Source: Octopus vulgaris (Eukaryota). Taken from it: a stretch of 64,000 bases of DNA. The stretch is taken from contig OX597827.1 in the NCBI GenBank assembly GCA_951406725.2, positions 28,148,001 through 28,212,000 on the forward strand. Direction: 5' to 3'. Positions 41,760-55,701 of the stretch are shown in pieces. Position numbers and translations under genes: made by a program. The stretch's first letter is position 1. Every line of letters starts with the position of its first letter. Below the pieces are notes generated by a model. It saw nothing but the letters and a program-made list of their open reading frames with translations, had not been told where the DNA came from and did not search any database.

Positions 41760-42621
41760 ATCGCTATGCCTAGCATTTATAGCTCCCAAAATTACTGCAG
41801 AACTTAATGACAACCTCGAGAACTCAGTTTCCACAAAAACTGTTCGCTGGGAGCAGCACAAAGCAAGATTTCAAGGGAGGGCTGCAATCAGAAAACCACT
41901 ACTTTCAGAAACAAAGTATTCAAAGCGTATAGTGTGCAGTAAAATCTTACATAATTGGTCCCTAGAGCAATGCAAGAATGTTATTTTCTCGGACGAGCAA
42001 TCTTTTACTTTATTTCCGACCACCGGCCGAGTATACGTCTGGGGACAGCCAAAAGAAGCATTTGACCCAGACTGCCTTCTTCCAGCTGTTAAGCATAGAG
42101 GAGGATCAGTGATGATCTTGGGGGTTATATCTTGGAAATCCGCCGGCCCAATGGTTTCCCTTCATGGCAGAATTAATAGTCAAAACTATTTAAGCATTTT
42201 ATCTGATCAAATTCATCCTCTTCTTGCGGAACTGTTTCCGGAGGGAAACGCAATCTTTCAGGATGATAAGGCACCAATTCACACAGCTAAAGTTCTTACT
42301 GAATGGCACGAGGGACATTCATGTGAATTTGAAAATCTTATATGGTCACCACAATCCCCAGATCTCAATGTTATTGAACATTTATGGTGCATTTTAGAAT
42401 AACAAGTAAGGAGTCGATATCCTCCACCATCATCACTACAAGAACTGGAGATTGTTTTAGCTGAAGAATGGAGAAAAATTCCTTTGGAAACAATTCAAAC
42501 TTTGTACGAGTTGATATCTTGTAGAATCCAAGGTGTAATTACTACCAAAGACAACCCTACCGCATATTGAATAAATTTGTTTGAAATTTTAAGGTGTTTC
42601 CATTATTTTGTCCAACACCTG
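41760..42621 (+). mobile_element. Tc1-like transposase remnant (DD36E spacing) with 3' TIR
   Basis: RKPLLS, VIFSDE, VKHRGGSVM, FQDDKAPIH..SPDLNVIEHLW; one internal stop; ends caacacctg|TA. Confidence 0.9.
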
Positions 42622-42849
42622 TATATGTTATTATTCCTCTTTTCTCCTTCTTTGTACAGCCATACCTCGAATACTGCTGCCCCCTGCGGTTTCCTCATAC
42701 AAAACAAAACATTTCGAAAATTGAATCACCCAGTGGCGCCTCGTAGATAAACTTAGTAGGGGTGCTGCTTCAGAAAATGTTTAGCCGTTGTTTTAATATT
42801 GTGTAAAAGGAAACAAATATATAAAAAGAGAATTTATAAATAAACTTGA

Positions 42850-43413
42850 TCGAAATTTTTGGGGAGGGGGCCAGTCGATAAGATTGACTCCAGTATGTAA
42901 CAGGTACTTAATTTATTGACCTCAAAAGGATGAAAGGCAAAGTCGACCACGGTGGAATTTGAACTCAGAACGCAAAGGCAGACGAAATACCTATTTCTTT
43001 ACTACCCACAAGGGGCTAAACACAGAGAGGACAAACAAGGACAAACAAATGGATTAAGTCGATTATATCGACCCCAGTGCGTAACTGGTACTTACTTAAT
43101 CGACCCCTAAAGGATGAAAGGCAGAATTTGAACTCAGAACGTAACGGCAGACAAAATACGGCTACGCATTTCGCCCGGCGTGCTAAAGTTTCTGCCAGCT
43201 CTCCGCTTTGGACTGGGGGCAATATTCTTTCTTACTTTAGGCACAAGGCCCGAAATTTTGGGGGAGGGAGACCAGTCGATTACATCGGCCCCAGTACGTA
43301 ACTGGTACTTAATTTATCGATCTCGGCGAAATTTGGACTCAGAACATAAAGACAGACGAATAACCGGTAAACATTTCGCCCGGTGTGTTAACGTTTCTGC
43401 CAGCTCGCCACCT
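42850..43413 (-). mobile_element. SINE family A copies
   Basis: Reverse-complement family A motifs. Confidence 0.85.
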
Positions 43414-44040
43414 TGGACTGGGGAATTATTAAAAATGAAATGTTTTTTCCCGATCACAACGTATCACCCATTAATGGTGTTGCCCCAGCTTGGTTGCGAA
43501 TCCAATGACTGAAGCTAGTAAAAGAATAATATTTTAATTTTCTTTTTTCATGGATTACTGGTGCACAGACACGTAATTCTTATGTATGTTTCAATTTTGG
43601 TAAAATGCGATTTCGCTTCCATATTTTATTTTTAAAATATCCCCATATTTAAATTACAAACATGCAAAAATTAAGAAATGTAAATAATTAGAAACTTCAA
43701 TCGCTATTACAACTCGTAAAATATGGAAATTGGATTTTCATCATTCTTTTATCAATATTATCGAGTATATACAAAATTCGTTATGCGTGTGTGCGTGCGT
43801 GAGTTGCATTTGTGTGTGTGTGTGTGTGTGTATGTGTGTTATATACGAAGAGCTGTTGTTAGTATTAACTGAGATGACGACATCGACGAGCAATATAAAT
43901 CACAACAGTTATCACTAGAATGAGAAATTCAACCTAAATACTATCACATTTAAAGTACATATTTCCCTATTATTTTGATATTTCAATTATTAACTGTAGA
44001 TATTAAAATTAAACTCAGATAGATTTATCATTCATATATA

Positions 44041-44076
<36 letters not shown>

Positions 44077-44224
44077 TGTATGTATGTATATGTGTATCAG
44101 TGTATTGATTGTCCTTGTATAACAAGCATTATTGCATGATGCTGTATTATGCATACTGTCGCAAAAAACGGACGTACATTTATGAACTCGTAACAGACAT
44201 ACACATATGCCCATACACATATCT

Positions 44225-44488
44225 ATTCTTTTATTCTTTTATACTTTTACTTGTTTGAGTCATTTTTCACTGTATCCATACTGGAGCGCCGCGTTTCAGT
44301 CGAAGAAATCACCCCACCCCCGAATTTATCATTTGTAAGCCTGATAATTAGACAATCGATTTCCTTCGCCGAACCGCTAAGTTACGGGTGCGTAAACATA
44401 CCAACATTGGTTGTCAAGCGATGGTTGTGGGGAGACAAACGCAGACATAAACACACAAATATATAAATACATACATACATATATACAT

Positions 44489-44527
<39 letters not shown>

Positions 44528-44890
44528 AAACTGGCTTCTTTCACATTCCGTCTACCAAATCCACTCACAAGGCTTTAGTCGGCCCGAGGATGTAGTATAA
44601 GACACTTGCCCAAGGTACCACGCAATGGAGCAGAACCCGTAACTATGTAGTTAGGAAGCAAGCTTCTTACCATACAGCCATGGCTGCAGGTGTATGTATG
44701 TATATTATACATACATGCGCATACATTGACACACATCGACACACATACCCAAACGCATATGTATAAACACATAGGTGCAGACGTGGCTGTGTAGTAAGAA
44801 GCTTGCTTGGGCGAGCGTCTTCTACTACAGCCTCGTGCCAGCCAAAGCCTCGTGAGTAGATTTTATAGACAGAAACTGAAAGAAGCCCGT
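44225..44890. mobile_element. SINE family B (minus 44225-44690; plus fragment 44775-44890)
   Basis: Family B motifs. Confidence 0.8.
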
Positions 44891-44894
44891 TTAA

Positions 44895-45255
44895 TTGCAG
44901 ATTTCTCAATAGTTCAGCATAGGTATTCTCTTACACTGATCTTCAGCTTTATGTTAACATCTGCTAGGCAGCTAATTTCCACAACTTTGCACAGTTTCTC
45001 TTCTCTATCCAAAATCATTATATCAGGTCTGTTGTGCTTACATTTTATTGATGTCTTCACAGGGACATTCCACCAGTATTCCTTTTCATTATGAGTGGCT
45101 ACAGCTTCTACCATATTGTAGGTTCCTCAGGATTATCATTCTTTGTCCTCGGGATTATCCTTCCGACGGATTTCATTATTGAGTGTCCTAGCTACAACAT
45201 CATGTCTTATCGGGAGATAATAACGTGATGACATTTTCGGACAACTGCATATGAT
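44895..45255 (-). mobile_element. RLE-type (R4-like) non-LTR C-terminal fragment
   Basis: HIICSCPKM..RHDVV and HNRPDIMILD..VVEIS (CCHC end plus PD-(D/E) endonuclease). Confidence 0.8.
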
Positions 45256-45347
45256 GTGGGTGATATGTATGTATGTATGCATGTATGTATGTATGTATGT
45301 ATGTATGTATGTATGTATGTATGTATGTATGTATGTATGTATGTATG

Positions 45348-45379
<32 letters not shown>

Positions 45380-46016
45380 TGTATGTATGTATGTATGTAT
45401 GTGTGTATGTATGTATGTATGTATGTATGTATGTACGTATGTATGTTTGTGTGCGTGCGCGCGCTTGTATTTCTGTGTGTGTGTTTGTATGTACATATGT
45501 AAGTGTGTATGAATGTAGTACATCGCTAGCTTCTAGACTACTAAAGTATTAAATTCGTTAATTAGTGATGTGCTAATCTGTGAATTTAGATAACGTAGTA
45601 AATTTAAAACAATGCAGTAATCGACCTGGCCAATTTATGAATGATAATCCTATTTGCTTCCAAAGAGAATTGTGGAATTCGAGACGTCGATACCGACATG
45701 TATCATATCCGCGCTTCCCAGTTAAATGTGAAGGATTCGGCACAGTATCTGGTCAGAGATATCAAAAGCTGGCCTTCTGCTCAGCATTTCTCTCACTCAC
45801 ACACAGCACGTATGAACAATTGAAATGTTTCGAGAAACAGCTTTAGTATTTCCGAAGTAACGTTTCTTCTTAACAGCTGAACTTGTTATTCTAGGGTCTC
45901 TTTGGTTACCATTTTGCATCACTCTGGGCTAATTTTGTCGGTTTTTGACAAGAACTTCTAATATTATTCACATTATTTACATTTGATAGATATTTGTCCT
46001 CATCTTGTTTGTTGTT

Positions 46017-46062
46017 AACACAACGTTTCGGCTGATATACCCTTCAGCCTTCGTCAGGTATC
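46017..46062 (-). ncRNA. Minimal type I hammerhead ribozyme
   Basis: GATAC-CTGACGA-A-GGCTG..CAGCC-GAAAC-GTT-GTGTT; palindromic AACGTT stem III. Confidence 0.75.
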
Positions 46063-46127
46063 TTGAGGAAATTTCGAGCCTGGGTTCTCATTCCTAAGGT
46101 ATTTTTCGATGTTGTTATTATTATTAT

Positions 46128-46202
46128 TATTATTCTATGTTTGACTTTTGCTTTATATTTGTACAAGTTGGCTCCAAGTCTCACCCAGAGACCTCAAGAG
46201 AC
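46128..46202 (-). mobile_element. Short putative R4/Dong-type 3' tail within (TAA)n
   Basis: gtctcttgaggtctctgggtgagac..aaacatagaataataa, flanked by TAA repeats. Confidence 0.35.
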
Positions 46203-46277
<75 letters not shown>

Positions 46278-46345
46278 CATTTGGCGTAGGGGTTAAGAGC
46301 GAGGGCCACTAACCCCAAGATTCTGAGCTCGATCCCAGGCAGTGA

Positions 46346-46420
<75 letters not shown>

Positions 46421-46489
46421 AATAATAATAATAATAACAACATCGAAAAATACCTTAGGAATGAGAACCTAGGTTCGAAATTTCCCCAA

Positions 46490-46535
46490 GACACCTGATG
46501 AAGGCTGGAGGATATATCAGCCGAAACATTGTGTT
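46490..46535 (+). ncRNA. Minimal type I hammerhead ribozyme (one stem III substitution)
   Basis: GACAC-CTGATGA-A-GGCTG..CAGCC-GAAAC-ATT-GTGTT. Confidence 0.7.
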
Positions 46536-48089
46536 AACAATAAACAAGATGAGGACAAATATCCGTCAAATGTAAATAACGTAAATAATGTAATTAAGGT
46601 ACATAATTCCTCATCACTTTAATATAGAACTGTAAGAACTTTTAAATATCAATCACATTGCTGAAGTTTGTAAACGAGATTTTTAGAAAGTTCTTGAAAA
46701 TATTCTTTACCTCCACTCCAACAACGCGCTGTCTTCAACGGAGTTCCCCCAAATGGAACTGCCATCGAGTGCATGCCACCCGAGCTTTCTGAAGGAGAGC
46801 GTACAAACTTGTATGCTAGTTTCTTGATCGTATTAGTGTCAATGATCATATCCTATCTGAGCGAATGCAGTATACAGAAAAGACACTTGATACGAAAACG
46901 GTTCAAATGTCTTACGAGGTGATATCAAAACGTTCCAAAACATACAGCTAAATAAGAATACTGCCAGAATTGAACGGTAAACTTTTAGCTTTGTGATAAG
47001 GCTGATTCTCCTGAGCTCGCACAGGTTTCAGCAGTTTACAGAAGGTTAAGGTGTCTTTGGTGATCGTGGTGTCGTGTTCTTCGATACTGACAGCGGCAGA
47101 AGGTGAAACCGACCAACTTTCCATAGTTCGGTTCTTTCTGTTCAATGTGATCTTGCAGAGCAAGAACGCAAGACTGACAATAGGTTTAGGGCTTCCATAC
47201 TCAAAAACAAGTCAATCTCGGCCAATTTCTCCCCAGTCCAGGATAACAGAGTTAGTTAGACGATAGCAGAACAGTTTAGTATCAAAGAATAGTAGACCTC
47301 GCTTAAAGATAATGTCTGCAGAACTGTGCAAAAGCACACTGGGCCGGCTACTCGAAAGTAGCAGGGCTCGTTTGAAGAAATTGACGAGAAAATCCAAAGT
47401 CTACTTGGAACTAAGTTTCAGTGACTTCGATTCCACACGAGTAATCTGTCATCAGATTCGCCGTATAGAGTAAGGAAAGATCGATGAGAGGCAAGGCTTC
47501 CGGGCACCGTGAACAAGTAAGCGAGATGCAATAATACGCGCAGAGATAGTATATGAAAGAATTCTATGAAGACCTTCGGATTGTGTTTAATGCTAAGTGG
47601 CAATGGTCAAATATTGCTCATAAAAATTTCCGCTTAAAAGAAAACTCTGAGTTGTACAGGGCTTCTAGGACATTAACCATACAAAATCTAAACGATCTCT
47701 TCAAGTGTATGAGGAACAATAAAAAGACACACCAGGGTCTCTCCTTTGTCTTTACATCCACGGTTACATGAGGAGCATTCAATGTTCGCATTCGCTCTTT
47801 CAATTGCTGCAATATCCAAAATGTATGAAACAACTAGCAATCAGAAAAACTAATTACCGCCAAATCGTACATGTCTATTTTGGACGGAAAGGGAAATCAA
47901 TCATCTGAAGAGCGCATGGTGAGAAACTCTGTATAATCAACGCTTGGAAACGTTCAATTTTAGACGTATTAAATATATGTAAATCTCTGATATAAATAGT
48001 GAAAAAAAATTTGCTATTTCAGTATTTTATATTGCAATCAGTTAATGTGTTTTTACAGATATTCAAGAATACATGCAAATACATGCTGG

Positions 48090-48872
<783 letters not shown>

Positions 48873-49063
48873 ACAACATATACGTTAAAAGAACGTTTAA
48901 CATCGTTTACTCTCTAATTCTCGTTTAGGGTCACCCAAGCAGAAATTTACTCAGACGTGGAAGCAGTGGAGCATGGTTTTACTCAGATAAAGAACCGTTC
49001 AACCATTCAAGCATGGTGGCATGTAAGAAGACAGTCTTTGAAACATGCAAATTCTTTTTTTTC

Positions 49064-49142
<79 letters not shown>

Positions 49143-49585
49143 CGTTTGTTTGTGTGTGTGGGGGGTGTTTTTGCGTATGTTTTCCACAGAAAGACAACTA
49201 AATTGAGGAAGGGAAGATTAGATTTCATTCGAAAATAGACTAACGGTATGAAGTGAAAATTAGACCATGCCTCCCCAAATACACAATGTTTCGTGCATAC
49301 ACACGTCTTAGAGTTGTTTCATACACACTGCCACACGAAAACACATTCAGACTTACGCCTGCACAGACACCACTCGTATGCACATTCACTTATCTCTATA
49401 CATACATAGAGATGCATTCTGATGATGTACACGCTTACATGAACAAGATGGAGGATTCCCACACATACATGCACATATACATACATGCTTGCATGCATAC
49501 ATACATACTTACATACATACATGCATACATACATACATACACACATACATACATACACACACACATACATACATACACACACACA

Positions 49586-49618
<33 letters not shown>

Positions 49619-49964
49619 GCATTTGCGTGCGTGTTTGTGTGTGTGTAGATAGATATGCTGAATTTACACTTACTATCTTCCCTTCATTTTCTGCCTCTCT
49701 CACCTCTCTTTCCTTTCTCTCTGTCTGCATATATGCATAAATATGTACGTAAATGCATGCACATATACATACATATATGAATATATATATATATATATAT
49801 GTATACACACACATATATAAATGCATACACACACATATACATATATATATATAAATGCATACATATATACATACATATATATATATATGTATATGAATAT
49901 ATGTGTATATGTATATATGTATACATATATATATATGTATATTTACATATATGTGTGTGTACAA

Positions 49965-50012
<48 letters not shown>

Positions 50013-50444
50013 GTGTGTTTGTGTGTGTGTGTGTGTATGATATATGCATATTCTCATGTTGTCATTCCCTTTATCTCTCCCCGATTTGCTCCATTATCTT
50101 CACATCCAGGTTTCCCTTGCTATCTGACATCTTTGATCGTTTTCCTTCGCTCTTGAAATCTCAGTCTCTCTCTTCCTGACTACCTTTGCTTTTCCTTTCC
50201 TTCTGCAATTGCATCATTCATAAATATGTGCGCGCGCGTGTGTGTGTGACAGAGAGAGCAGTCGTGTCTGTGTGTGTCTATGAAAGAGAGACACAGCGTA
50301 TGTCTGTGTGTGTTATCTTCTATTTTTTTTCAATTATTTGAATTTTTTGAACAATGGAAGAACTGGTTTAAAACAAAGAATTCCAAGTCTGGAACTTAAA
50401 AGATAACAAATACTGAAGGACTACATGTTGAACTTTAAGAAAGT

Positions 50445-50529
<85 letters not shown>

Positions 50530-50659
50530 GTATGTATGTAAGTATATATTTCTGTTCCACTTAGATTGTATCGGCAAAGTACATGTTACCGAGTTACTTG
50601 GAATTAAAAGACCCACTTTACAGAGATTAAGAAATTGTTATCGTACCTAAAGACTGATA

Positions 50660-52684
50660 TGGTTTCAGTTTTGATGCAAGGCGAGCAGTTTTGAGGGAAG
50701 GGGTTTCATAGATCTTATCGATCACAATGCTTGATACGCACTTGATTTTATCGACACCGAAAGGATGAAGGCAAAGTTGACCTCAGCGGAATTTGAACTC
50801 AGAGCGTAAAGGTATTTTGTCGCGTCTTTACGTTCTGAGTGCTTATGAACCTCCCACCTTACCGCTTTCCATAATAATGGCCATGATCCTTCATACTGCA
50901 GGCAAAAGGTCTGACATTTGGCGGGGAAGGGGAGCTAGTCGATTACATCCACCCCAGAGCACAACTGGTACTTGATTTATTGACCCCGAAAGGATGTAAG
51001 GTAAAGACGACCTCGGAGGAATTTGCACTCAGAACGTAAACACAGACGAAATACCTAATTCTTTACTACCCACAAGGGACTAAACACAGAGAGGACAGAC
51101 AAACGGATTAAGTCGATTATATCGACCCCAGTGCGTAACTGGTACATATTTAATCGACCCCCAAAGGATGAAAGGCAAAGTCGACCTCGGCGGAATTTGA
51201 ACTCAGAATGTAGCGGCAGACAAAATACCTCTAAGCATTTCGCCCGGCGTGCTAATGATTCTGCCAACTCGTTGACTTAATAATAATAATAATAATGATA
51301 ATCACAATAATAATAATAATAACAATAATAATAATAATCCTTTCTACTGGAGGCACATGGTCTGAAATTTGTGAAACGGAGGATAGTCGATTACATCAAC
51401 CCCAGTATTTCACTCATACTTAATTTATCGATCCCGAAAAGATGAAAGGCAAAGTCGACCTCGGTGGAATTTGAACTCAAAATGTTGTGACGTGCGAAAT
51501 ACTGCTATGCATTTAGCCAAGCGTGCTAACGACTCTGCCAGCTTGCCGACTTCATAGTATTAATAATAATACCCATAATCTTTTCTACCATAGGCACAAG
51601 ATCTGGCATTTGGTGAGGAGAAGCTGGTGGATTACATCGACCTCAGTGCACAACTGGTATTTATTTCAACGGCCCCCTTTGTCTTTCAAAGATGAAAGAC
51701 AAAGCCGACCTTGGAAGAATTTGAACTAAAAATATGAAGTAATGGAAGAAATGGCGCTAAATATTTTCTATGGAGCGGAAATAAATTTGCCAAGTGTCTG
51801 CCTAAAAATAATGCGTTCACATTTTGGCACACGACTAGCGTTCAAATGGATGAAAAGATGAAGGGAAATGTCAACCTCGGTAGAGTTTGAACTCAGAACG
51901 TAAAGACGGATGAAATGCCGCTAATCATTTTGTTGGATGAGGAAATGATTCTGCCAGCTCGACACCTCAGAATTATTTTAGTATTCCGGAATTCTGGTAA
52001 TTACTGCACTCAAATAATTATTGGCATCAGGATATTGGAGTTTATTATTTAGGCAGAGTAAGATGGCGAGCTGGCAGAATCGTTAGCACGCTGGGCAAAT
52101 TGCTTAGTGGAATTTTGCCCGGCGCTACGTTCTGAGTTCAAATTCCACCGAGGTCGACTTTTCCCTTCATCTTTTCGGGGTCGATAAATTAAATACAAGA
52201 GAAACACTGGGGTCGATGTAATCTTCAAGCTCCTCCCCACAAATTTGAAACCTTGTGGCTATAACAGAAAAATTATTAGGGCGGCGAGCTGGCAAAATCG
52301 TTAGCACGCCGGGCGAAATGCTTAGTTGAATTTTGCCCGACGCTACGTTCTAAGTTCAAATTCCGCCGAAGTCTACCTTCCCTTTTATCTTTTCGGGGTC
52401 GATAAATTAATTTCCAGAGAAAGACAAATTTGAAACCTTGTGCCTGTTGTAGAAAAGATTATTAATGCTGCGAGTTGGCAGAATCGTTAACACGCTGGGC
52501 GAAATTATCAGCGATATTTCGCCCGTCGCTACCTTCTGAATTGAAATTCCAACGAGGTTGACTTTGCATATCATCCTTTCGGGGTCGATAAATTAAGTAT
52601 CAGTGAAACACTGGGGTCGATGTAATCCGCTAGTCTTTTCTCCACAAATTTGAACCCTTGTGCCTCCAATTAGAAAGGGTTATT
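50660..52684. mobile_element. Array of SINE family A copies (minus 50660-51960, plus 52060-52684)
   Basis: Roughly nine core units, diverging from about 52000. Confidence 0.85.
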
Positions 52685-52859
52685 TAGGCGAAGTGGCAAC
52701 ATGTTTCAATGTACTTGTCTGTAAAGTTTTATAGAAATCTGCCGAACATTTGACTTCTACAAGATTATTTTTTTCTTTTCTGACAAATAAAACGACCTCA
52801 GACAGGTCCTATTTGCACATCGTAGATTTTTTGGTAAGAATGATCCGCCAGTATTTTTG

Positions 52860-53600
52860 TGGCCGTGTGGTAAGTAGCTTGCTTACGAACCACATGATTT
52901 CGTGGCAACTTGGGCATGTGTCTTCTACTATAGCCTCGGACCGACCAAAGCCTAGTGAGTGGATTTGGTAGACGGAAACTGAAAGAAGCCCGTCGTATAT
53001 ATGTATATATATATATGTGTGTGCGTGTGTGTATATGTTTGTGTGTCTGTGATTGTCCCCCCAACATCGCTTGACAACCGATGCTGGTGAGTTTACGACC
53101 CCGTAACTTAGCGGTTCGGCAAAAGAATAAGTACTAGGCTTACAAAGAATAAGTCCTGGGGTCGATTTGCTCGACTAAAGGCGGTGCTCCAGCATGGCCC
53201 CAGTCATATAACCGAAACAAGTAAAAGAGTGTATTGATATACAAGGACGTAATATTTTCTGCGTTGCTGTGAGGCGACGACGTGTCAGTGTGGCATAGGT
53301 GTGGCTGTGTGATAAAAAAAAATTGCTTCTAGACCACGTGTTTCGGCTTGTGAGTAGACTAAGTCAACGGAAACTGAAAAAATGCCCGTCGCATACGTGT
53401 GTATATGTGCTTATGGGTGCGCGCGCGTCTTTGTGTCGGTGTTTGTCCTCGACCACCGCTTCACAACCGGTGCTGGTGTGCTTATGTCCAACTAATTTAG
53501 TGGCTCGGCAAAAGTAATCACCGGGCTCAAGTCGTTCGACAAAAATTCTTCAAGGCGGTTGCCCCAGCATGGGCGCAGTCTAATGACTGAAACGAGCAAA
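52860..53600 (+). mobile_element. Two SINE family B copies
   Basis: Family B head and tail at 52860-53230; diverged copy at 53290-53600. Confidence 0.85.
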
Positions 53601-53655
53601 AGCAATGTACGCCTATATGAATGTATGCGTATATGTATGTATGTATGTATATGTA

Positions 53656-53703
<48 letters not shown>

Positions 53704-53900
53704 GACACGAATGTTTACAATTTCGTTGTGTATACATGTGTATGTAAGTGTGAGAGCGTCTCTGGATTGATAGCATCCATTAGTAAATAATAGCTGAGTA
53801 TGAAAGGAGATGTGGAGGTGGACCTCTGTACATAGCTTGAGAATACTATCCCTCTCCTTCTCTATTTCTTTCTCTCTCACCACACATACACACACATACA

Positions 53901-53968
<68 letters not shown>

Positions 53969-54400
53969 ACTTGTATGTTGCATACGTATGTTCACATATA
54001 AAGAGAGAAATATTGCTTACAGAGAGTGAGGCTGGGAAAGGCAAACTCCATCCAATGAGGTGGATGCCAGCTTAGTGCTGTCTCTCTAAATGGCAGATGT
54101 ACACAGTTGAAGACGGTCAGCGAAGAGAGGTCAACGTTTCACAGTGGAAATGACAGTTTCGGTTTCACAGAGTTCGCCGATTTTCACATCACCGCAGTTC
54201 CACTTAAATATCAAACTCTGTAAAGTAGAAGGGGATTGCTTTTGACCTGGGGACCATTTCACATGCTTTACTGCTGCTATTATTGTTGCTGCTGCTGATT
54301 GTAATGTTAGTGAGAATGAAAGCAATTGTTAATATAAGCGTGATGAGGAAGCGAAAGGTGTGGGTGGAAGAGTTATATTAAATTTCATCCTATATTAATA

Positions 54401-54440
<40 letters not shown>

Positions 54441-54789
54441 TCATCAAAAAGTTGCTACATATTAAAATACCTTTAAAGGTTTAAATTATAAACAACTTAA
54501 AAACAAGGACAAAAGAAAAATTATTTCCATGCCAATATGATGATAACAAACTTTTATCAGTCGTCAAATTCTCCATATCATTATACACTTACTATAAATA
54601 TAAATTGATTCAATATAGAAATAACGAACTTTTAACAAAAAATTCTGTTGGCTAGCTTCCCCGATTTCAGCACGACGTGTATTTATAGTGAGCGCATAAT
54701 GATATGTAGAAATTGACGACCTAAAGTCTGTTACCAGCATATTGGCATGGAAATAATTTTTCTTTTGCCCTTGTTTATAAGTTGTATAT

Positions 54790-55629
54790 ATATATATCTC
54801 CTAATTTTTCATCCTTTCTGGTTTCTTCTCCTCTCCCTTTCACCGTTCCCTCTCTCTCTCTCTCTCTCACTCCTCCTCTTCCCTCTCGTCGCTGACCAGA
54901 GGGCTACTAACTCTCTTTCTGGACCTTTCCTCCCTGCCTGTCTGTCTTCCTCTCTACCTGTCTCTCTCCATCTCTTATTTTTCACCCTTTCTGGTTTCTT
55001 CTCCTCTCCCTTTCACCGTTCCCTCTCTCTCTCACTTCTCCTCCTCCTCCCTCTCGTCGCTGACCAGAGGGCTACTAACTTTCTTTCTGACTACTGCCTT
55101 CAACAAGTCAACAACGGCTTTTTCTGTCCTCGTAAGCCATTCTTCAGAATGCGTTCAAATGAAATTTTTCACCGTCCAGGCTTAAAATAGCCCTTATTGT
55201 TGGTTTCTCCTTGTCCTGTCTTCTACTGTTTTTATCTTTATTTGTATTGTTTTTTTCTTTATTTTTATTGCTTTTACGTCCTGCTCTTGTCACCTTTTTT
55301 TACCCCTCCGCAAATTTTTTTTATTTAACTTGATTTGCGGGAAGGAATGTTTCAATGTAGTCGTGTTCTGCCCTTACCTTCGAAACACGCAATGAGTCGA
55401 AACAGGGACAGCTGAAGAAGGGAATATTCCTTGAGTTGTACTCTATTTTTTCGTTGTTAAAAAAGTCCGTTTCCTTGTTTTGTTTTTATGTTTTCGTTTC
55501 TCGTTGTGTTCTACGTTTATTTGTGGTGTCCTGTACGCATATGTGCATGTATATATACATATAGATGCAGGTATGTACATATATGTATGTATGTATGTAT
55601 GTATGCATATGTTTTATTTATTAAATTGT

Positions 55630-55663
<34 letters not shown>

Positions 55664-55686
55664 ACAATTTAATAAATAAAACATAT
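54790..55686 (+). mobile_element. Non-coding element with internal duplication, permuted hammerhead-like motif and terminal foldback
   Basis: About 173-bp-period duplication (54806/54979); motif at 55362-55422; inverted repeat at 55607-55686. Confidence 0.55.
55362..55422 (+). ncRNA. Non-circularly permuted hammerhead-like motif
   Basis: CGTGT-T-CTGCCCT-ta-CCTTC-GAA-ACACG-(14 nt)-AGGGACAG-CTGAAGA-AGGG. Confidence 0.6.
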
Positions 55687-55701
55687 ATATATACATATAT
55701 C

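Larger units (their letters stand above)
45960..46634. mobile_element. tRNA-headed, hammerhead-tailed short retroelement: inverted copy 45960-46277 plus forward copy 46276-46634
   Basis: A box tggcgtagggg, B box gagctcgatcc, (AAT)n, HHRs at 46017-46062(-) and 46490-46535(+); aagaactt(c/t)taa on both flanks. Confidence 0.85.

Noticed and set aside
47900-47940. CTGAAGA-GCGCATGGTGA-GAAACTCTGTA
   Set aside because: Core present but stems I and II are imperfect; the upstream region has no clear Penelope protein motif.
50660-52684. Regularly spaced repeats resembling a CRISPR array
   Set aside because: Units are long diverged SINE cores with no unique spacers or cas genes, in a eukaryotic context.
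54020-54360. Unique segment with a possible micro-exon (cag|atgtac..gacg|gtcagc); similar candidate at 63440-63535
   Set aside because: Weak splice signals and no recognisable coding content.
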